Assembly (NCBI GenBank): GCA_965223415.1
Contig: OZ245002.1
Span: forward strand, 4,128,001 to 4,192,000
DNA from: Myxococcota bacterium
GTDB taxonomy: Bacteria; Myxococcota_A; UBA9160; UBA6930
Direction: 5' to 3'
Length of the DNA: 64,000 nt
A model generated the notes under the pieces. It saw nothing but the letters and a program-made list of their open reading frames with translations, did not search any database and had not been told where the DNA came from. Position numbers and translations under genes: made by a program. Below, piece by piece: positions 58,928-64,000 of the stretch (position 1 is its first letter; every line of letters starts with the position of its first letter).

Positions 58928-59089
58928 GGGCGTACCGGTCGGCGACGAAGCACGAACGGGTGGCCGCGGAGATCGGAAACGGGATCGTGTTCAAGATCCT
59001 GGTCGGCTTCGCGCCGCAGCGGTTCCTGCGGCTCGATCCCGTGGACAGCCGGTAGAGCCTAGCGCGGCACCTTCGGATAGAGTGCCGGC

Positions 59090-60208
59090 ATGGCCGTCGA
59101 CCCTCCCGCGTCCGCCGCATGGCGCGAATTCTGCCGAGCGCTCGAGCGGGCGGGTGCGGTGCTCGAACGCGAACCGCTCGCGCGTGACCCGCTGTCGCTC
59201 GCCGAGGGCCATCGCCACTTGTTGCGGATGATCCGCCTCGGTTTCGAGTGCGTCTCGGAGTATGGCGACCCCGGGCACCCCCAGCTTTTCGAGATGGCGA
59301 GCGCGACCAAGCTCTCGGAGGGCGTCACGTCAGACGCGCGCTACCACCAGGCGTTCATCGATGGCCGCGCCCACCACGTGATCCGCGGCGACCGTGGGGA
59401 AGCCCCGCTCATCGAGATCGGGGCGTACGAGGGAAGGATGGGCTTGCATCCCTCGAACGCGTTGCTCGGCTGCCTGACCGAGGCCGAGCTGGTGGTCGAC
59501 GGCGACGGGCGCTTCGAGATCGCGCTCGGCCCCGAGGAACGGCCCGGCAACTGGTTGCGCACTGACGCACGCACGAAGTGCGTGTTCATCCGCGAGTACG
59601 CCCACGACTGGAGCCGGACGCGCGGGGCCCGGCTCGAACTCGTGCGCGCTGATGCGTCCCCGGGGCTGCGCCCACCGCTCACGCTCGAGGAGATCACCGA
59701 CGCGCTCGAGCGCACCGCACGCTTCGTGGAGACAGCGCCCGCCACGTGGGCCGATATCTCCGACTACTGGGCCGGCACCGCGAAGAACCGCATCGTTCCG
59801 CAAGAAGGGGCGTCGTCCGACACGGACATCGTCGTGCCGAGTGGGCATCGGTTTGCGTGCGGTTACTTCGAGCTCGAGCCCGACGAAGCGCTGGTCGTCC
59901 GCTTCGCGCCGCCCAGGGACACGGCGTACTGGGGGATCCACCTCGACAACTACTGGTACGAGCCACTCAGCTGGGAGGATGCGCGCTCGCAGCGCAACGA
60001 TCGCAGCGTGTGCTACGAGCCCGATGGGAGCGTCGTGCTGGTCGTCTCGTCGCAGTCGCCGGGCGAGGATGCGAACTGGCTGGATACGCAGTCCCACACC
60101 CAGGGCTCGATCGTCTTCCGCTGGTCGCGGAGCGAGGCGCCGTGTCCGGCGTTCGACTGTCGCGTCGTCCCCATCGATCGTTGGCGCGACGAAGGGGGAA
60201 GGGCATGA
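59090..60208 (+). CDS. DUF1214-like protein (sulfotransferase-associated)
   Basis: DARYHQAFID, DGRFEIALG..PGNWL, L.PDEALVV, DNYWYE, NWLDT..H..G.I.FRW. Confidence 0.75.
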   Translation: MAVDPPASAAWREFCRALERAGAVLEREPLARDPLSLAEGHRHLLRMIRLGFECVSEYGDPGHPQLFEMASATKLSEGVTSDARYHQAFIDGRAHHVIRGDRGEAPLIEIGAYEGRMGLHPSNALLGCLTEAELVVDGDGRFEIALGPEERPGNWLRTDARTKCVFIREYAHDWSRTRGARLELVRADASPGLRPPLTLEEITDALERTARFVETAPATWADISDYWAGTAKNRIVPQEGASSDTDIVVPSGHRFACGYFELEPDEALVVRFAPPRDTAYWGIHLDNYWYEPLSWEDARSQRNDRSVCYEPDGSVVLVVSSQSPGEDANWLDTQSHTQGSIVFRWSRSEAPCPAFDCRVVPIDRWRDEGGRA

Positions 60209-60723
60209 CGACCGCCTCTCCCGTGCCGCGGCGGGACCGCTTCGTCGTGGGAACCGGGCGATGTGGTTCGACGCTGCTGTCGAAGATGCTGGCGCGCCAT
60301 CCGGACGTGCTGAGCCTCTTCGAGTTCTTCTCCGGCATCGACCAATTCTTCCGTTTCCGCATCGACCCGGTGCCCGGCACGGAGCTCGCGCGGCGTCTCG
60401 AAGAAGATCACCCGATGCTGACGATGGTCCTGCGGCGCGGCTACGAGGTCCCGGAGGTCGCGTATCCTTTCGGTGCCGCGCAAGCCCGCTTGACCCCGGA
60501 CGATCCGATTCCGTGGACGCTCGCGATCGCCATCGCCCGCGTGTCCGACGATCCCGACGCGCTGTTCGCCGAGATGATCGCCCGCGCGTGTCGAGGGACG
60601 TCATCTCTTGCGCGCTAAGAGGACGGCTAGTTTTGCGCACCCCCCTGGGTTGATGTTCGGTTCTTCCTTCTTCTCTTCCGCTCTCCGAAGGAGAGCACGG
60701 CCGTCAGGCCGCCCTCTGGGGCC

Positions 60724-61524
60724 TCAACGCTGGGCGCTTTGCCCCGCGGCCTGCTCGAGCTCGCGGAGCCGGTAGCTCCGCCCCGAGATGTTGAGCACCT
60801 GGCTGTGGTGGAGGAGGCGATCGAGGATGGCGGTGGCCAGCACCTCGTCGCCCGCCAGCACCTCGGGCCAGTCGGCGATGCCCTTGTTCGTGGTGATCAG
60901 GATCGAGCCCCTCCCATAGCGGTAGGAGACGAGCCGGAAGAAGAGGCTCGCCTCCTGGCGCGTCATGGGCTCGAAGCCGACCTCGTCGATGACGAGGAGC
61001 GCCACGTTCATGTGCTTGCGCCGCCGCAGCCGTTGCGGGCTGATCTCGGCGTCGCGCTTGAGGGCCGCCAGCAGGTCCTCGAGGCGATGGAAGGCCACGG
61101 AGAAGCCGTTCTCCACGGCCCGCACCCCCAGGGCCACCGCCAGGTGGGTCTTGCCCACTCCCGGCGGACCCTGGATCAGCAGACTCTCCTTGGCCCGGAT
61201 CCACGCGCAGGTGCCCAGCGTCTCGATCCGGCTCCGCTCCACACTCGGCTGGAAGGCGAAGTCGAAGTTGCCGAGGGTCTGCCCCGTGGGAAGGCCCGAG
61301 AGACGGAGCGAGGTCTTCATCCTCCGCTCCTCGCGGTGCTGCAGCTCGGCCTCGAGCAGCAGGTCGAGGAAGCGGTGGGGCACGAGGTCGTCCTTGGTCG
61401 CTCGGGCCAGCTCCTCGCCGATGTGCTCGGCCGCGTGATGGAGGCCGAGGCGCACGAGCCGCTCGCGGGTCGGGTCGAGATCCACCTTGCCGCCCTTCTT
61501 GGGCACCGGGTTTCCCGCCGTCAT
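60724..61524 (-). CDS. istB: IS21 helper ATPase
   Basis: FDFAFQP, GPPGVGKTHLA, LLVIDEVGF, TAILDRLLHH, GRSYR. Confidence 0.95.
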   Translation of the reverse strand: MTAGNPVPKKGGKVDLDPTRERLVRLGLHHAAEHIGEELARATKDDLVPHRFLDLLLEAELQHREERRMKTSLRLSGLPTGQTLGNFDFAFQPSVERSRIETLGTCAWIRAKESLLIQGPPGVGKTHLAVALGVRAVENGFSVAFHRLEDLLAALKRDAEISPQRLRRRKHMNVALLVIDEVGFEPMTRQEASLFFRLVSYRYGRGSILITTNKGIADWPEVLAGDEVLATAILDRLLHHSQVLNISGRSYRLRELEQAAGQSAQR

Positions 61525-62807
61525 CGCGCCACCTCCGCCAGATCGGCATAGAGGTCGATCGGCCGCTGCTCCGGCTCCATCGCCCACAGCTCCTGGAGGC
61601 GTCGACCCATGCGCCCGAGCGGTACGGGCGCCTCCACCCCCTCCGTGCTCGGCCCCTCGTAGTGGCTCGGGTCCAGCAGCAGGCGGCTTCGCGTGTGGCG
61701 CGGGTGCGCGGCCACCACCGAGCCCTCGGCCCAGACCTGCACCTGCCGGGCGCAGCCGCGCACCTCGACGCTCTGCTCGACGAAGCGGAAGGGGACGCTG
61801 TAGGTACGCCCCTCGAAGCGCACCGTGGCGTCGCGCCCGACACGTCGCATCACGGCCAGGTCGAAGGGCTCGGGAAGCCGCTCGGGCAGGGCCCCGAGAT
61901 GGGGCTTCTCCGCCTCCCACGCCTGGAAGACCGTCGTGCCCGTCGCCGGGCACTGCCGCCGGTGGCTCGAGCGCGCCACCTGGCCGTCCGTCCACGCTTG
62001 CAGCGACTCCAGGCTCTCGTGCTCCCGCCGACGCGGATCGAAGCCCCGCCGGTGCCCCAGGATCCGACGCTCCACCTTCCCCTTCTCCTGCGGCTGGCGG
62101 GGACGGGTGGCGTCCACGTGGAAGCGAAGGGCCCCGGCATAGCTCGCGTAAGCCGGGTTCACCGTCCCCCATGGCCCCGCCCCCTTCGCCACCGCTGTCT
62201 TCACGTTGTCGACCCGCAGCACCGCCGGCACCCCGCCCAGCCGCTCGAAGGCCCGGTTGTGCACGTCCAGCCACGCCAGCGTGTCCGCCCGCTCCGACCA
62301 CACCACCGCTTCTCGCCGCGAGTGCGAGAGCACCAGGTGGAAGGCATGCAGGTCCACCTCCTGGCCCCCGATCCGCACGCCCGGAAACTCGCCCCAGTCC
62401 ACCTGACCCTGCGCCCCGGGCGGTGTCTCCACCCGACGCCGGCTCCGCACCTTCGGTCTCGGGAACCGGGCCCGCACGTACCGCTGCACGCTCTTGGAGC
62501 TCCCCGTGTACCCGTGCTCCTCCACCAGGAACTCGTGAAGCTCCTGCAGGTTCACGCCACGGCCTCCCGAGCTCGCCTCCAGCCACTCCGCGATCACCTC
62601 GTGGACCGCCTCGGCCAGGAAGGGCTTCCCGCTCCGGCCGTCTCGCGCCCCCTCCGCCAGCCGCTTCAGCCGGTAGCGCACCGCGCTCTCCCGGATCCCC
62701 AGCTGGCGGGCGATCTCCCGGTTCGAGCACCCCCGCTCGTGCAGCACTTCGATCGTCATCACTTCCTCCTGCCTCAGTCGCCGCTGCCCCACGCCCCCCT
62801 CCCTCAC
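61521..62807 (-). CDS. istA: IS21 transposase
   Basis: N-terminal HTH, ETPPGAQGQVDWG, VDNVKTAV, KGKVER, YSVP; start may be ATG 62760. Confidence 0.95.
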   Translation of the reverse strand: MREGGVGQRRLRQEEVMTIEVLHERGCSNREIARQLGIRESAVRYRLKRLAEGARDGRSGKPFLAEAVHEVIAEWLEASSGGRGVNLQELHEFLVEEHGYTGSSKSVQRYVRARFPRPKVRSRRRVETPPGAQGQVDWGEFPGVRIGGQEVDLHAFHLVLSHSRREAVVWSERADTLAWLDVHNRAFERLGGVPAVLRVDNVKTAVAKGAGPWGTVNPAYASYAGALRFHVDATRPRQPQEKGKVERRILGHRRGFDPRRREHESLESLQAWTDGQVARSSHRRQCPATGTTVFQAWEAEKPHLGALPERLPEPFDLAVMRRVGRDATVRFEGRTYSVPFRFVEQSVEVRGCARQVQVWAEGSVVAAHPRHTRSRLLLDPSHYEGPSTEGVEAPVPLGRMGRRLQELWAMEPEQRPIDLYADLAEVAR

Positions 62808-63840
62808 GGGGAACGTGCCGCGCAGCGGCTCAACAGGAGGTGCGCAAATCTACGTGTCCTCTTAGCCCTCGAATATCACGTCCTGCGACACGCGCGAGTG
62901 GGCAGGCTGTGCAGCCCCTCGCGATGCACTACCGGGAGCTGCTCGACTGGCTCACCGAGCGCACGGGCAAGCGACTCTGGATCGAGCGCTCCGGAACGTC
63001 GATGGACTTCGCTGCCGAGCTCAAGGCCTTCTTCCCGGGCGCGCGCTTCGTGCACATCTACCGCGATCCCCAGGAGACCGCGCTGTCGATGCGAGAGTAC
63101 TCCGTGCTGCGCCTCGCCGTACCGGTCATGAACGGTCTGCTCGGGCCCGTTGAGTACTCGCACGACGGCCTCGTACGCTTTGAACAGGAGAACGCAGGGG
63201 CGATCAGTGAGACGCTGGCGTCCCGGCCGCCGGTCGAGCTCTACGGCGCCTATTGGAGTGACCAGGTCGTCCGCGGTATGGATGTGCTCGGCCAACTCGA
63301 TCCGAACGACGTGATGGCGCTGCGCTTCGAGGACCTCGTGGTCGCGCCCCGCCCGATCCTCGTGCGAATGGCCGACTTCTTCGAGCTGCCCACCGCGGAC
63401 CGCGACTGGGTCGAGGAGGCCTGCCGCCTCGTAAAGGGCGTTCCGCCCACGCGCTTCGACAGCTTGCCGGCGCCCGAGCAGGCTCGGCTCGCGGACGCGT
63501 GTGCGCCGGGCGTGGCCAGGCTCGAGGAAGCCGGCTTGCGAGAGCCCTCCTAGACGCTTCTGCGACGACCCAACCGAAGACGACGCACGTCGGCACGATC
63601 TTCTGACGCCATGCGGACCCGGGTTCGATTCCCGCCGCCTCCACCGACTTTCAAGTAGTCTGAGTTACTTGCGTACGAAATCGCCGCTCTTCGGAGACCC
63701 GCATCGGCCACTTCGAACCCGAGTGGATTCGAGGTGTTGCGCGTCTCACTTCTGACCATAGGGCGCCGGTATACGACCCGGCACACTGGCCGCCGAGGCG
63801 CTTCACGGATCGGCGATTCCGCGAGCAAGGAGGCAACGAC

Positions 63841-64000
63841 ATGGGACAGCGACTCGAGAACGCGAAGAACCTCTACCTGGAGGCGATTCGCGACGGAAAC
63901 GCGGCCGACGCCATCAACAAGTACTCGGGCGAGCGCTACACGCAGCATTCGACGCCGGTAAGGGACGGTCGAGAGGGATTCATCGAGTTCTTCCTGGATT
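63841..64000 (+). CDS. SnoaL/NTF2-like protein, runs off the window
   Basis: AGGAGG RBS; MGQRLENAKNLYLEAIRDG...RYTQHSTPVRDGREGFIEFF. Confidence 0.7.
   Translation, partial: MGQRLENAKNLYLEAIRDGNAADAINKYSGERYTQHSTPVRDGREGFIEFFLD

Larger units (their letters stand above)
60589..62890 (-). mobile_element. IS21 family insertion sequence
   Basis: TG...CA ends; imperfect terminal IRs of about 50 bp (TGTCG..GGACGT...GCTAAGAGGAC...TAG.TTTGCGCACC); 6-bp target duplication CGCGCG at 60583-60588 and 62891-62896. Confidence 0.93.
60205..63553 (+). pseudogene. Sulfotransferase family gene interrupted by IS21
   Basis: 5' part VGTGRCGSTLL (60205-60588); 3' part WIERSG, FVHIYRDP, RFEDLV (62897-63553); halves rejoin in frame as EMIARA-SGQAVQ. 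Confidence 0.88.
58030..63645. mobile_element. tmRNA-integrated island 2 (integrase-less relic)
   Basis: Ends in a third tmRNA 3' copy (CGGGTTCGATTCCCGCCGCCTCCACC 63620-63645, with diverged similarity extending upstream). Confidence 0.7.

Overview
Very GC-rich Gram-negative bacterial DNA; gene content (LPS core genes, tol cluster, bactofilin, PilZ, RpoH-type sigma, dksA-tsaD-rsmA) suggests a Myxococcota/deltaproteobacterium-like host, which is an inference. Positions 1-50.7 kb are mostly core or metabolic genes: LPS kinase and glycosyltransferase, a Gld-like ABC operon, suhB-tatD-metG-holB, molybdopterin genes, two P450s, an ECF sigma module, pepA, tolQRAB-cpoB without pal, panB-panC-panD-smpB, and a heme-motif cadherin-repeat surface protein. 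A complete IS110 element sits exactly between panB and panC; its bridge-RNA target and donor guides can be read from the sequence and match the actual insertion site. tmRNA (ssrA) at 50743-51111 is followed by two tandem islands bounded by copies of its 3' end. Island 1 carries a tyrosine integrase that reads across att, an ISCR/IS91-type transposase with about 2 kb of foreign cargo bracketed by identical 92-bp oriIS-like repeats joined at CCGC, and vapBC. Island 2 is an integrase-less relic with a sulfotransferase gene split by an IS21 element. Also present are REP-like palindromes, a candidate pan attenuator, and a perfect palindrome forming back-to-back ECF promoters. No CRISPR array or rRNA was seen. 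All calls are by eye and motif recognition; no database search was run.
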